Positions 55,894 through 64,000 of a stretch of DNA of 64,000 bases are shown one piece after another. Under the pieces are notes generated by a model. That model was given only the letters and a program-made list of their open reading frames with translations. It ran no database searches and had not been told where the DNA came from. How positions within the stretch are numbered: position 1 is the first letter of the stretch; the number at the start of each line of letters is the position of its first letter. A program made the translations under genes and the position numbers. Source of the DNA: a virus. Its lineage: Duplodnaviria; Caudoviricetes. The DNA lies in IMG/VR virus record IMGVR_UViG_3300029825_000006, positions 2,646-66,645 of that record; one strand, 5' to 3'.

Positions 55894-56298
55894 ATGCGAA
55901 TTAAAGTTAAAGATGCTAACGAAGATGTTATTGAAATTGAAGAAAATAATACTGCGTCAGTTGAACTTAGTGATAGTGAATTAGCGGGTTTAAGAAAACT
56001 TTTACCAATTGCTAATAAGTTGTCAAAACTTGTTTCAAAAGACTCTAAAGAGGAAATCTTAGAAGATGAGGATGAAGACGAAGATGAAACAATTAATGAC
56101 GAAGATGAAGAAGTTGAGGATGAAGAAGAAGAAGAAGAAGTAGAAGTCGAAGATAAAAAATCTAAAAAGAAAAAAATGAAAAAAGACTCTACAACAGATG
56201 CTTTCAAAATGCATAAGAAAACTAAGACTCATGATAGTTTAGATAAAGACTTGGCTATTTCTGATGCTTGGGCAAAAAGATATGGGGGTAATAAATAA
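55894..56298 (+). CDS. Scaffold-like acidic protein
   Basis: Long D/E tract, several xD[AS] motifs, C-terminal AWAKRYGG; directly upstream of the head genes. Confidence 0.6.
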   Translation: MRIKVKDANEDVIEIEENNTASVELSDSELAGLRKLLPIANKLSKLVSKDSKEEILEDEDEDEDETINDEDEEVEDEEEEEEVEVEDKKSKKKKMKKDSTTDAFKMHKKTKTHDSLDKDLAISDAWAKRYGGNK

Positions 56299-56798
56299 TG
56301 CCGAATAAAATGATTATCAAAAATAAAATCGACCAACTTAGAAAAGGCTATCCTACAATTAGTGATAAGTATAATGTTGCTGGTGGAATTTTAGAGTCTA
56401 GTTCTGCAGATGCAGAATATGGTGATTTAATTATGTATGGTACTACAACAGGATATTATAAGAAAGCGGTAAATATTGCTGCTGCTACTGATATTGCTGG
56501 AGTATTACTTGCAACAAATGTTAAATTGACTGGAACTTGGCCAGATGATGGAGCAACTACAACTAAAACTAAAAAGGGTGAGGCATTCAACCTAATGTTA
56601 GATGGTTATGTCGCTATACAATTAGATGCTGCTTATACTCCTGCTGAAACTATGGCTGGAAAAAAATTGGCTGTAATCTTAGCAACAGGTAAACTAACAA
56701 CTTTAGATAAAGTCGCTGCAGGAATTATAGAAATGCCAGGATATTATTTTACTGGTATTGTAGAAAATGGTCTAGCAGAAATTGAAATTAGACGATAG
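56298..56798 (+). CDS. Head decoration / cement protein
   Basis: Beta-rich, GVLL, lies immediately before the major capsid gene. Confidence 0.7.
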   Translation: MPNKMIIKNKIDQLRKGYPTISDKYNVAGGILESSSADAEYGDLIMYGTTTGYYKKAVNIAAATDIAGVLLATNVKLTGTWPDDGATTTKTKKGEAFNLMLDGYVAIQLDAAYTPAETMAGKKLAVILATGKLTTLDKVAAGIIEMPGYYFTGIVENGLAEIEIRR

Positions 56799-56814
56799 GA
56801 AGGGGAAAAGATAA

Positions 56815-57936
56815 ATGAATAACCAATATTTCAAGCCTACTGAAGTAGAAAAGAATTTTTATGTTGATAGCGTCCCTGCTACAAATCGTGGAAAAACATT
56901 TTCAATTACTGATATGTTTGGGGGAAATTTAAAGAAGGCTTATGTAAATGATGCTCAAGTTCATGATGCAAACTTTGCATTCTTATCTACAACTTTAGCA
57001 AAATTACATGAAACTTTATATGAACCAAAATATTTCGTAACATATGCAAATGATATTCCAATTGATGTTGGTGGTGGATTTGTAGATTATGTATCATATT
57101 TTACAGTCGATTGGTCTGGAATTATGAATGAGTTTAGAAATGTAATGGGGAACAACGCAAACTTTATTCCAAGAGTAAATGCTGGAATGAGTCAAAAACG
57201 TGTAAACGTTTATACTTTTGAAGTTGCATACGATTTACGTTTTGTTGAATTAGAAAAAATGAAGAAGTTAACTCTTCAAAAATCTATCCAAGACATTTAT
57301 TCAAATATAATTGTTGCAGGATGGGATTTATTTGTTCAAAAAGTTGCTTATGAAGGAATTCAAGGTTCCCATGGACTTTTTAACAATCCAAATGTTTTAG
57401 TTACTACTATTGATAATAGCGCATCGACCGTTGCAAATAAAGGTTTCTTCGGAATGGATGATGCTTCAATCGTTTCATTCTTTAATGGACTATTTGAATT
57501 ATGTTTAGATGAAACTAACATGAATTTACCATTATTATTTGATACAATTTTAGTTCCATCATTTGTTGGTTCAGACTTATCTTCTAGATATTCTGCGCTA
57601 TATACTTCAACTTTACGTCAATTTATTTTAAAACATAACTTGGCTGTTGATGAAAGTCAATCTGATAATTTTAAATTAACCATTGTTTCTAGACCAGGAC
57701 TTAATGCTTTGGGTGCTGGAGGACATGGTAGAATTGTTGCCTATAAGAAAGACAAATCATTCCTTCGCTTAGATATTCCTTACCCAATGCAACAATATAT
57801 TACATTACCTAATATTGAACGTATGGCTTATACAACAGCATTTGTTGGACAGGTATCAGAAGTTCAAATGCCTTATAATGATAGCAATACAAGTTCTGAC
57901 TTTGGTCCAGTAACTTATTGGGATTTTACAAAATAA
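56815..57936 (+). CDS. Major capsid protein (HK97 fold, DUF2184-like)
   Basis: FL...LA.L...LYEP, IPIDVGGG, EL.K.., G...HGLFNNPN, GRIVAY.K pattern. Confidence 0.88.
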   Translation: MNNQYFKPTEVEKNFYVDSVPATNRGKTFSITDMFGGNLKKAYVNDAQVHDANFAFLSTTLAKLHETLYEPKYFVTYANDIPIDVGGGFVDYVSYFTVDWSGIMNEFRNVMGNNANFIPRVNAGMSQKRVNVYTFEVAYDLRFVELEKMKKLTLQKSIQDIYSNIIVAGWDLFVQKVAYEGIQGSHGLFNNPNVLVTTIDNSASTVANKGFFGMDDASIVSFFNGLFELCLDETNMNLPLLFDTILVPSFVGSDLSSRYSALYTSTLRQFILKHNLAVDESQSDNFKLTIVSRPGLNALGAGGHGRIVAYKKDKSFLRLDIPYPMQQYITLPNIERMAYTTAFVGQVSEVQMPYNDSNTSSDFGPVTYWDFTK

Positions 57937-57945
57937 TAAATTTAA

Positions 57946-57986
57946 TACACCTACTATAATTAATTATTTGTAGTAGGTGTAATTTT
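57946..57986 (+). terminator. Terminator hairpin after the capsid gene
   Basis: 11-bp inverted repeat TACACCTACTA/TAGTAGGTGTA followed by ATTTT. Confidence 0.65.
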
Positions 57987-58004
57987 ATATAAATAGGAGG
58001 AAGT

Positions 58005-58289
58005 ATGAAAGAATATATAGTTACTGATAAAAAAGGCAATAAGACTAAAATTATAGCAGACTCATTTGAAGAGGCTACTGAAATTTATAATACTGGATTG
58101 AAAGATTATGATTATGGCGATCGTTCTTATGAAGATATGGGTTCTGGTGTAAAAGTTTATTATAGTGGGGAGTCAAAAAAATTTAAAAAATTAACAATGA
58201 ATGGTTTTGACGTTGGCATAGATGAAGTGAAAAAGTTAATAGTTTCATTAAATAAAGCAATTTCTATGATTGAAAAAATGCCGAAATAA
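58005..58289 (+). CDS. Small protein sharing a module with 59728..60969
   Basis: AGGAGG SD; KEYIVTD..G...KIIADSFEEA.E.YN. Confidence 0.65.
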   Translation: MKEYIVTDKKGNKTKIIADSFEEATEIYNTGLKDYDYGDRSYEDMGSGVKVYYSGESKKFKKLTMNGFDVGIDEVKKLIVSLNKAISMIEKMPK

Positions 58290-58301
58290 GAGGTGATTTA
58301 A

Positions 58302-58784
58302 ATGCCTATTATCGGAATTGATTTAGATAGAACAAATCCGTCATTTACAATAAATGATTTTTGTTTATGGTTACCACAATTTAAAAATTATATGCAAACT
58401 GAAGAAGGTTTGGCTTATTTCAATAAACTTTATAACGTCGCAAATAATAAAATTTTTTCTTCAATTTACGGAATTGACTGGGAATTAGCAATGAGTTATT
58501 GTATTGCACATTATCTAACGTTAATCGCACAACAAACACAATCACCTTCAGGAAGTTCATTAAGTCAAATCGCTGGTGGTGGAGTTCATCGAGGAATTCT
58601 ATCAAGTTCATCTATTGGAGGGTTTAGTAAAAGTTTAGATTTTTCTAAAACTATGGGTGACTCTGAAGAAATGTTATTTTGGAACCAAACTAGTTATGGT
58701 TCAAGTTTAATGGCTTTATATAAAACTAAAGCAGTCCCATCGATTTTTGTCGTTAGAGGTGGACCGAATGAACCATATAATTGA
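58302..58784 (+). CDS. Head-tail adaptor (DUF4054-like)
   Basis: F....[28 protein letters not shown]. Confidence 0.88.
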   Translation: MPIIGIDLDRTNPSFTINDFCLWLPQFKNYMQTEEGLAYFNKLYNVANNKIFSSIYGIDWELAMSYCIAHYLTLIAQQTQSPSGSSLSQIAGGGVHRGILSSSSIGGFSKSLDFSKTMGDSEEMLFWNQTSYGSSLMALYKTKAVPSIFVVRGGPNEPYN

Positions 58785-59175
58785 CCCGACTTATTTTAAT
58801 GATTTAATTAACATGTTTGGTTTTAATTATGATGCGTATATTGTAGTAGGAATTGAACGTGATGATTACGGAATTCAAAAATCAAAATTTAATAAAATGA
58901 ATATTTTTGGTTCTTTACAAACTCAAGGTCTTAGAAAAGTTCAACGTAATGATGGAAACTATACTGTAGAAAGTTATAAATTTTATTGTTCAAGTTTATA
59001 TCGACTTAATGAAGGCGATTTCATTCAATATCAAAATAAATTATTACATATAACAGCAGTCTTTTCATATGATGAATATGGTGTTAGAGAAGTTGATTTA
59101 GAAAGAACGCAATTAGATAATCATAGAGATTTACAAGAATTTGTTAAATTTATATCGGGAGATAAGATAGTATGA
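58768..59175 (+). CDS. Head closure protein
   Basis: Position after the adaptor; GSLQ, GDFIQY...L..ITAV..YD.YG. Confidence 0.75.
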   Translation: MNHIIDPTYFNDLINMFGFNYDAYIVVGIERDDYGIQKSKFNKMNIFGSLQTQGLRKVQRNDGNYTVESYKFYCSSLYRLNEGDFIQYQNKLLHITAVFSYDEYGVREVDLERTQLDNHRDLQEFVKFISGDKIV

Positions 59176-59726
59176 CATATTTAAATTCAATTGAAGATGC
59201 TATAAAAATTCTACGAAAAATAATATCTATACAATCAGAAATTGATATAAACGATATTATTAACGCAGACTCTATAAGAGGTCCTGAACTAACAAAAATT
59301 GTAAATGACCAAAAAGTTCCGTATGCTCCAAATGAAAATGTTATTGTATTTGAATTAAGAGAAACTCAAGATTTTGACTTGAGTATGGAATTAAACAATG
59401 ACAATATGCATGATGTATCATCGCATCAATTACGTTTAGTAATATATGGTGATAATGCTAGAACAGTTGCTAGAAAATTGAAATCTAGAATGTTAACACA
59501 AAATGTTATTAAAATATTATCTGAAAATGGACTTAGTTTAGTCAATGTTTCAAATATTGAATCTACTACGGAGATGATTAATACAACGCGATATATTCGT
59601 AGAGATATGCAAATTAATTTTATTGTATCAATGAATATCGATGAAGTTGATACAACTGCAGCTATTGAATTAGCTGAAACTCATGTGATTAGAGCACCAC
59701 GAATAAGTGCTCAGAAAGAGGAATAA
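59172..59726 (+). CDS. Tail terminator / neck protein
   Basis: QLRLVIYG..AR..A..LK, N..RY..R.D..I.F; lies before the sheath gene. Confidence 0.7.
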   Translation: MTYLNSIEDAIKILRKIISIQSEIDINDIINADSIRGPELTKIVNDQKVPYAPNENVIVFELRETQDFDLSMELNNDNMHDVSSHQLRLVIYGDNARTVARKLKSRMLTQNVIKILSENGLSLVNVSNIESTTEMINTTRYIRRDMQINFIVSMNIDEVDTTAAIELAETHVIRAPRISAQKEE

Positions 59727-59727
59727 A

Positions 59728-60969
59728 ATGAATAAAAAACCTATTCAAGATTCAATTAATCAATCATTAAAAAAAGCATTATTCGACTGGCTTGATACAG
59801 GTTTAGATGGTCAAGCAAGTGATGAAGATAAAAACTTATCTTATAAAAATTTTATAAATAGATGGGTTTATAACGATTTTAAAAATTTCGATGCGCTAAA
59901 GAAAATGTTAATTAAACATTGGAACGTTACAGAAAAAGATTTTATTAATACTACTGAAAGTGAATGTTTACAGTTTTTATATCAAGAATTTAAAAAACTT
60001 ATTAATAAATATGTTAAAGACTCAATTCAGCTAAAGCCTTACGTTATAACAAATCATGATAGCGGCAAAACTTATAAAGTTAAAGCTGTTAACTATCAAG
60101 ATGCGTTGGATAAATATAATAAATTTATTGTACAAGACTCTAAATTAAACGAGAAAGTTGTAAAAGCAATGATAGGAGAGGAAGTATTTAATAAACTGCC
60201 TGCAGGATATAAAAACACTCTTCTTGAAAGTGGTATGGATGAACTTGCAGATATTATTAAGAAAAAAGGTGTTGAAGGAACTCTTACTTATCTGTTTGGT
60301 AACAAAGTTAATAAGTACACTACAAAAGATGCATTATCAAAATTTGTCCAATCATATTTAAGTACAAAGAAAGTTTCATCAAAAGCTGAGCAAGACGAAA
60401 TTATAAAGTTTTTATTAGAACGAAATAAAATTGTTGCTGAAGATATACCAAAAGTAAGATCATTATTAAAAATAGTTAAAGATTCAATCACAGAAGATGC
60501 TGACATTGCTCAAACAGATATCAAATCTACGTATTTGCCTGAAGATGCAAACGCCGATAATATACGATATATTGGTTTTAACGAAGATCGAAAAATTAGT
60601 TTCTATCAATACGGTGATGACTATTTTGCGTATCATGAATTAGATAATCGTTCTGAAAAACTTGATAAAGACACAGTTCAAAGAATTCTTAAGAAAAATA
60701 TTTTGGATAGTAATGTTTTCGAAGATGCTAACGAAGATATTTCTTTATATGAAAAATGTAAAAAATTACTCGAATCTGTTTCATATGATAACGTTACGAT
60801 TGAAGAATTGAAAAAATTAACGACTCGTAATATTAATGATATTATGAGGTATTGTAAGTTAATAAATAAAATTATGAAAGACCCTAAAGGTAATTTAAGT
60901 GGTTCTGGACCACAATTGTATTCTTACAATAGTTATTATAATAGCATTAAACAAATATTAGGTAGATAA
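59728..60969 (+). CDS. Putative polyprotein of small head-cargo modules
   Basis: GAGGA SD before ATG 59728; eight xxD[SA] motifs spaced between short unrelated segments. Confidence 0.6.
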   Translation: MNKKPIQDSINQSLKKALFDWLDTGLDGQASDEDKNLSYKNFINRWVYNDFKNFDALKKMLIKHWNVTEKDFINTTESECLQFLYQEFKKLINKYVKDSIQLKPYVITNHDSGKTYKVKAVNYQDALDKYNKFIVQDSKLNEKVVKAMIGEEVFNKLPAGYKNTLLESGMDELADIIKKKGVEGTLTYLFGNKVNKYTTKDALSKFVQSYLSTKKVSSKAEQDEIIKFLLERNKIVAEDIPKVRSLLKIVKDSITEDADIAQTDIKSTYLPEDANADNIRYIGFNEDRKISFYQYGDDYFAYHELDNRSEKLDKDTVQRILKKNILDSNVFEDANEDISLYEKCKKLLESVSYDNVTIEELKKLTTRNINDIMRYCKLINKIMKDPKGNLSGSGPQLYSYNSYYNSIKQILGR

Positions 60970-60981
60970 GGAGTAGATACA

Positions 60982-62055
60982 ATGGGAATTGATGTTAGAA
61001 AATTTATCGATGTAAATATAACGCATGCTTCTAGACCATCATCAACAAATGTTAGAGATACTGTAGTTTTAATTACATCTGAAGGGACTGCTGGAGTTAG
61101 ATTTCTTGCAAATTCAAAAGCAGAATGGGATGAACATGCTAAAGGTTCTATCTTTACATCAACAAATCAGTATGTTGATATTTTCTTTGCAAATGGTGGT
61201 TCAAAAGTTTTAGTTATTGAAGCAAGTTCTGGAAGTATTGCAACAACTTTAGATGATATTCATATTCTTATAGTTGTTGTAAATCAAACTTTAAACGATG
61301 CTAAAACATTAGCAACAACTTTTGACTCAACTTTGCAAGGACCTCATCGTAAAATACTTATTGCTAGAGCAACAAATGCAGATATTTCTGTTGACCCTTT
61401 AACAAATGGTATTAATAGTTTGGCTGTTAAGTATTCAGAAACTTTAGGTGCTGAAATGTGTATCGCAGCGTATTTGTCAAAAATTAAGATTTATGGTAAT
61501 AATACCGTTCATGATTATGCGTTTACTCAAGAAACAATTTCTTCAGATATAGTAAACGTTATTGACAATACATTATTTGATACATTATCTAGTTATAATT
61601 TTAACTTTAATATTCCTTTGGGTGGTGCTACAAGAAATATTGGTGGTAATATGACTTCGGGACATTCTTTAGTAAATGAATATATGCTAATTGTATTAAA
61701 TCAAACAGTAACTGAACAATTATTATCATTATTAGTAACAAAAATTAAGGGCAATAAGGCGCTGTCCTCAATTGTTACAGTCTTATCTCAAGAATTAAAT
61801 TCATACGTTCAAAATGGATATTTGACAACAAATAAAAGTTGGTCATATGATGACTGGACTGTAGTTCATAATAATATTGAATATATAATTATTGAAAAAA
61901 ATACGCAATTAAATTTAGGCTATCATGTTCAAGTTTTACCTTGGTCATCTTTAAATTCTCAAGATATTGCTCAACATAAAGCACCGCCAATTTATATCGT
62001 TATTGCTGATGCGTACAGTGTTAGAAAATTAGCAATTTATGGGGAGGCGATTTAA
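60982..62055 (+). CDS. Contractile tail sheath protein (short, DUF3383-like)
   Basis: FIDVNI, GGATRNIGG.MTSG..L...Y....L.Q.....L..LL..K, ....GY; lies before the tube gene. Confidence 0.75.
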   Translation: MGIDVRKFIDVNITHASRPSSTNVRDTVVLITSEGTAGVRFLANSKAEWDEHAKGSIFTSTNQYVDIFFANGGSKVLVIEASSGSIATTLDDIHILIVVVNQTLNDAKTLATTFDSTLQGPHRKILIARATNADISVDPLTNGINSLAVKYSETLGAEMCIAAYLSKIKIYGNNTVHDYAFTQETISSDIVNVIDNTLFDTLSSYNFNFNIPLGGATRNIGGNMTSGHSLVNEYMLIVLNQTVTEQLLSLLVTKIKGNKALSSIVTVLSQELNSYVQNGYLTTNKSWSYDDWTVVHNNIEYIIIEKNTQLNLGYHVQVLPWSSLNSQDIAQHKAPPIYIVIADAYSVRKLAIYGEAI

Positions 62056-62501
62056 TGAAATATTCTTTAGTCGAATATCTATTAACTATAACATTTCCTG
62101 CACAAATGGAACGTGAAATGGGAATTAAAACTCTAACAATTGGTGGAGAAGGTTCATATACAGATAGTTTTGAGTTTAATCAATCTAGAGATGTTTACTC
62201 TACTACGGGTGATGCTACTGGAAGTTGGATACATTCTAAATCAATGGATAGAACTGGAACTGCGGCGATTTCATTAAGTCAAGTTTCCAATCAAATTGTT
62301 CAGTTGACTAGACTATTCAATTTATATTATAATTCAGATGTAATTGATGAAGGTGTAACTATAACTTTAAGAGATAACTCTTCAAAAACAATTGCTACAT
62401 GTAATGACTGTTTCATTACAAAAGTTCCAGCGATTAATATTCGAGAGACACCTCAAAATAGAACATGGACATTTACTTGTGGTCAGATTATCATAAATTA
62501 A
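62055..62501 (+). CDS. Tail tube protein (DUF3277-like)
   Basis: GDATGSW.HS.S.D.TG...ISLSQ.S, N..C.I.K.P......T...RTWTFTC. Confidence 0.85.
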   Translation: MKYSLVEYLLTITFPAQMEREMGIKTLTIGGEGSYTDSFEFNQSRDVYSTTGDATGSWIHSKSMDRTGTAAISLSQVSNQIVQLTRLFNLYYNSDVIDEGVTITLRDNSSKTIATCNDCFITKVPAINIRETPQNRTWTFTCGQIIIN

Positions 62502-62514
62502 TTAAAAAGACTTC

Positions 62515-62594
62515 AAATTTGACTCTAGATTTACTTTAAATAGTTTAATATATAAATACTTATATTAAATAAAAGTAAATCTAGAGTCAAATTT
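62515..62594. repeat. F2 hairpin element
   Basis: Perfect 23-bp inverted repeat AAATTTGACTCTAGATTTACTTT; loop TATATAAATACTTATA. Confidence 0.88.
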
Positions 62595-62606
62595 TTTATT
62601 TCTAGA

Positions 62607-62664
62607 TATAAAAAATCCCATATTAATCGAAGGAGACGACAACGATAATATGGGATTTTATATA
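62607..62664. terminator. Hairpin at the convergence of the two transcription units
   Basis: 14-bp perfect stem AAAATCCCATATTA/TAATATGGGATTTT. Confidence 0.5.
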
Positions 62665-62753
62665 GAATAGAGAATATTATTTTGGCCGTAATCGTTTGAC
62701 CCAGTTTAACTTGCACCCATACATAAAGTGTAATAGCAAGCACCAAAACCAAT

Positions 62754-62813
62754 TTCTGAGAACTTTATCTTTTTATTGATTAATATTCCTTAATAAGATT
62801 TTTCTAGCATTCT
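62754..62813. repeat. F1 hairpin element, copy D
   Basis: Near-identical to 5468..5527. Confidence 0.85.
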
Positions 62814-62992
62814 TTAATAATTAATTCATCTAATTCAGTTTCATTTAAAAATATAATTTCACCAATATCTTCTAGAAATAAACCATATTTATATTTATAA
62901 TAACAATTAATTTCGAATATTTTTGCTTTATGCATAATACCATTTATTGCAATATTAAGTATATCATATAATTTATATTTCGTATTATTCAT
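62804..62992 (-). CDS. Hypothetical protein
   Basis: 62 aa, coupled to the ligase C-half stop. Confidence 0.55.
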   Translation of the reverse strand: MNNTKYKLYDILNIAINGIMHKAKIFEINCYYKYKYGLFLEDIGEIIFLNETELDELIIKEC

Positions 62993-63549
62993 TATTCTTC
63001 ATCTCGGAAAATTGTTTCTTTCGTACACATTGTGTAATCTTTATCATTTCGAATTCTAACAATTACTGGATGTCTTAATGAACGTTTTGTAATTTCTTGA
63101 CATTTAACTTCAATAACAGTATTTTTCATTTCATTCCAATTTTCAAACCAATTTTTTCTTTCTTCATCGGTTCCAGGAGCAACATTTGACATATGAATAA
63201 AAGTATCTTTTTCTTCGTCATAATATCCAATTTTTAAAGCACCAATTGTGTTAGAATATTTGCCGTTTCCAATTTCATAATCATATACGACAACGTCTAC
63301 TGTTTCAAATTTTTTAATTTTTAAAGTTGCAAATTTATCTTCATATTTTAAATGCGAACCTTTAAGAACTGAACCTTCAAAACCTTCTTCGATTAAATGT
63401 TCTGTAACTTCTTTTGCTTTTTCAATCTTATTCACCAGTCTATTCAAAACATCTATGGCTTCTTGCATTTTTTCTTTATTTCTATGTTGCCATATCTCGT
63501 TCATTATAGCGTATTCTCTAATAAAATTAATCGCTTGTCGTGGTGTCAT
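62992..63549 (-). CDS. ATP-dependent DNA ligase C-terminal half (motifs IV, V and OB domain) with a foreign 43-aa leader
   Basis: EGFEGSVLK, LKIKK, TVDVVV..YEIGNGKY...IGAL, VAPG, EVKCQE...SLRHP...RIRNDKD; own SD GAGAGG and ATG. Confidence 0.85.
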   Translation of the reverse strand: MTPRQAINFIREYAIMNEIWQHRNKEKMQEAIDVLNRLVNKIEKAKEVTEHLIEEGFEGSVLKGSHLKYEDKFATLKIKKFETVDVVVYDYEIGNGKYSNTIGALKIGYYDEEKDTFIHMSNVAPGTDEERKNWFENWNEMKNTVIEVKCQEITKRSLRHPVIVRIRNDKDYTMCTKETIFRDEE

Positions 63550-63562
63550 TAATTTTCCTCTC

Positions 63563-64000
63563 TTAATATTCCTTTTTAACCCTATCTTGATAAACCCAAG
63601 CGTTTAATCCTTCACAAGACCAAACAGGAACAAGGTAGTTACCAGCCCATTTATAAATTGTTTGGATTTTTATACTTTGCAGTTTGTGGTAGTTGTCATA
63701 GTAGTCTACGGCACATAGCCCATAGTAAAAGCTATTAAAAACTTTACACAAATCCCTATCTCTTTCGCCTTCTACTGATATATAATCACCTTCTCTTAAT
63801 AAATCTTTTGGGTCATCAGAAGTATCAGTAATTTTATAAGTGCTGTAAAATGACAGTTCGGTCATTTCTGCAAGTTTCGAGTTTGTATATCCCCCACGTA
63901 TATCATATCTTTTATAATATACCAAATAAGGTACATCATCTTCAATATACAATTCTGGTTTATAAATTCTTCTTTGCGTATCAATAAACTCATTATTAGC
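63563..64000 (-). CDS. Hypothetical protein, paralog B of 1671..2180 (5' end beyond the window)
   Basis: Open frame to the right edge; shares YIEDDVPYL, SDDPKDL and QTIYKWA...VPVWSCEGL.AWVYQDRVKKEY. Confidence 0.8.
   Translation of the reverse strand, partial: ANNEFIDTQRRIYKPELYIEDDVPYLVYYKRYDIRGGYTNSKLAEMTELSFYSTYKITDTSDDPKDLLREGDYISVEGERDRDLCKVFNSFYYGLCAVDYYDNYHKLQSIKIQTIYKWAGNYLVPVWSCEGLNAWVYQDRVKKEY

Noticed and set aside
55872-56207. Ser-rich minus-strand ORF and similar antisense or alternate-frame ORFs (e.g. 16196..16621, 20582..20902, 43440..43817, 4044..4256)
   Set aside because: These are shadows of real genes on the other strand or frame, with no SD and low-complexity composition.
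62531-62752. 73-aa hydrophobic minus-strand ORF as a holin or toxin
   Set aside because: It has a TTG start without an SD and runs through two hairpin elements, so it is probably spurious.
1-64000. Window as a complete circular genome with terminal redundancy
   Set aside because: The first and last bases do not overlap. The 79-bp match is to 2054..2132 and belongs to a diverged paralog, and both edge ORFs run off the window.
1-64000. tRNA, rRNA, integrase or transposase genes
   Set aside because: I found no cloverleaf T-loop/D-loop signatures and no tyrosine/serine recombinase or DDE motifs, so lifestyle cannot be called temperate from this window.

Overview
This 64 kb window is a very AT-rich (about 25% GC by eye) tailed dsDNA phage segment, probably most of one genome. 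I see no host chromosomal genes, integrase, tRNA or CRISPR array. It uses genetic code 11, and its sigma-A-type promoters and strong SD sequences point to a low-GC Bacillota or Mollicutes host. The left 34.5 kb is transcribed leftward. It carries accessory genes, two adenine MTases, TerL, MuF, a family-B DNA polymerase, a nucleotide-metabolism/glycosyltransferase cluster, primase, recombination and helicase genes, a sigma factor, a likely TerS and early cassettes. The segment 35.2-62.5 kb is transcribed rightward and encodes a myovirus-type (DUF2213/DUF3383-like) virion module in shuffled order. The most interesting signals are these. (1) A polymerase-linked cluster of dUTPase, glycosyltransferase, dNMP kinase, HAD nucleotidase, an active-site-altered ThyX and a UGM-like protein looks like an undescribed DNA base hypermodification pathway. 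(2) An ATP-dependent DNA ligase is split into two separately translated halves at opposite ends of the window; they can be rejoined in frame at a shared microhomology. (3) Two families of dispersed intergenic hairpin elements show covarying stems or a flipped core. (4) Head proteins and a polyprotein are punctuated by a recurrent xD-[S/A] motif that may be a protease site. (5) cre-like operators sit at early promoters. (6) The contractile tail is miniaturised and no lysin is visible. All functional calls come from motifs recognised by eye; no database searches were run.
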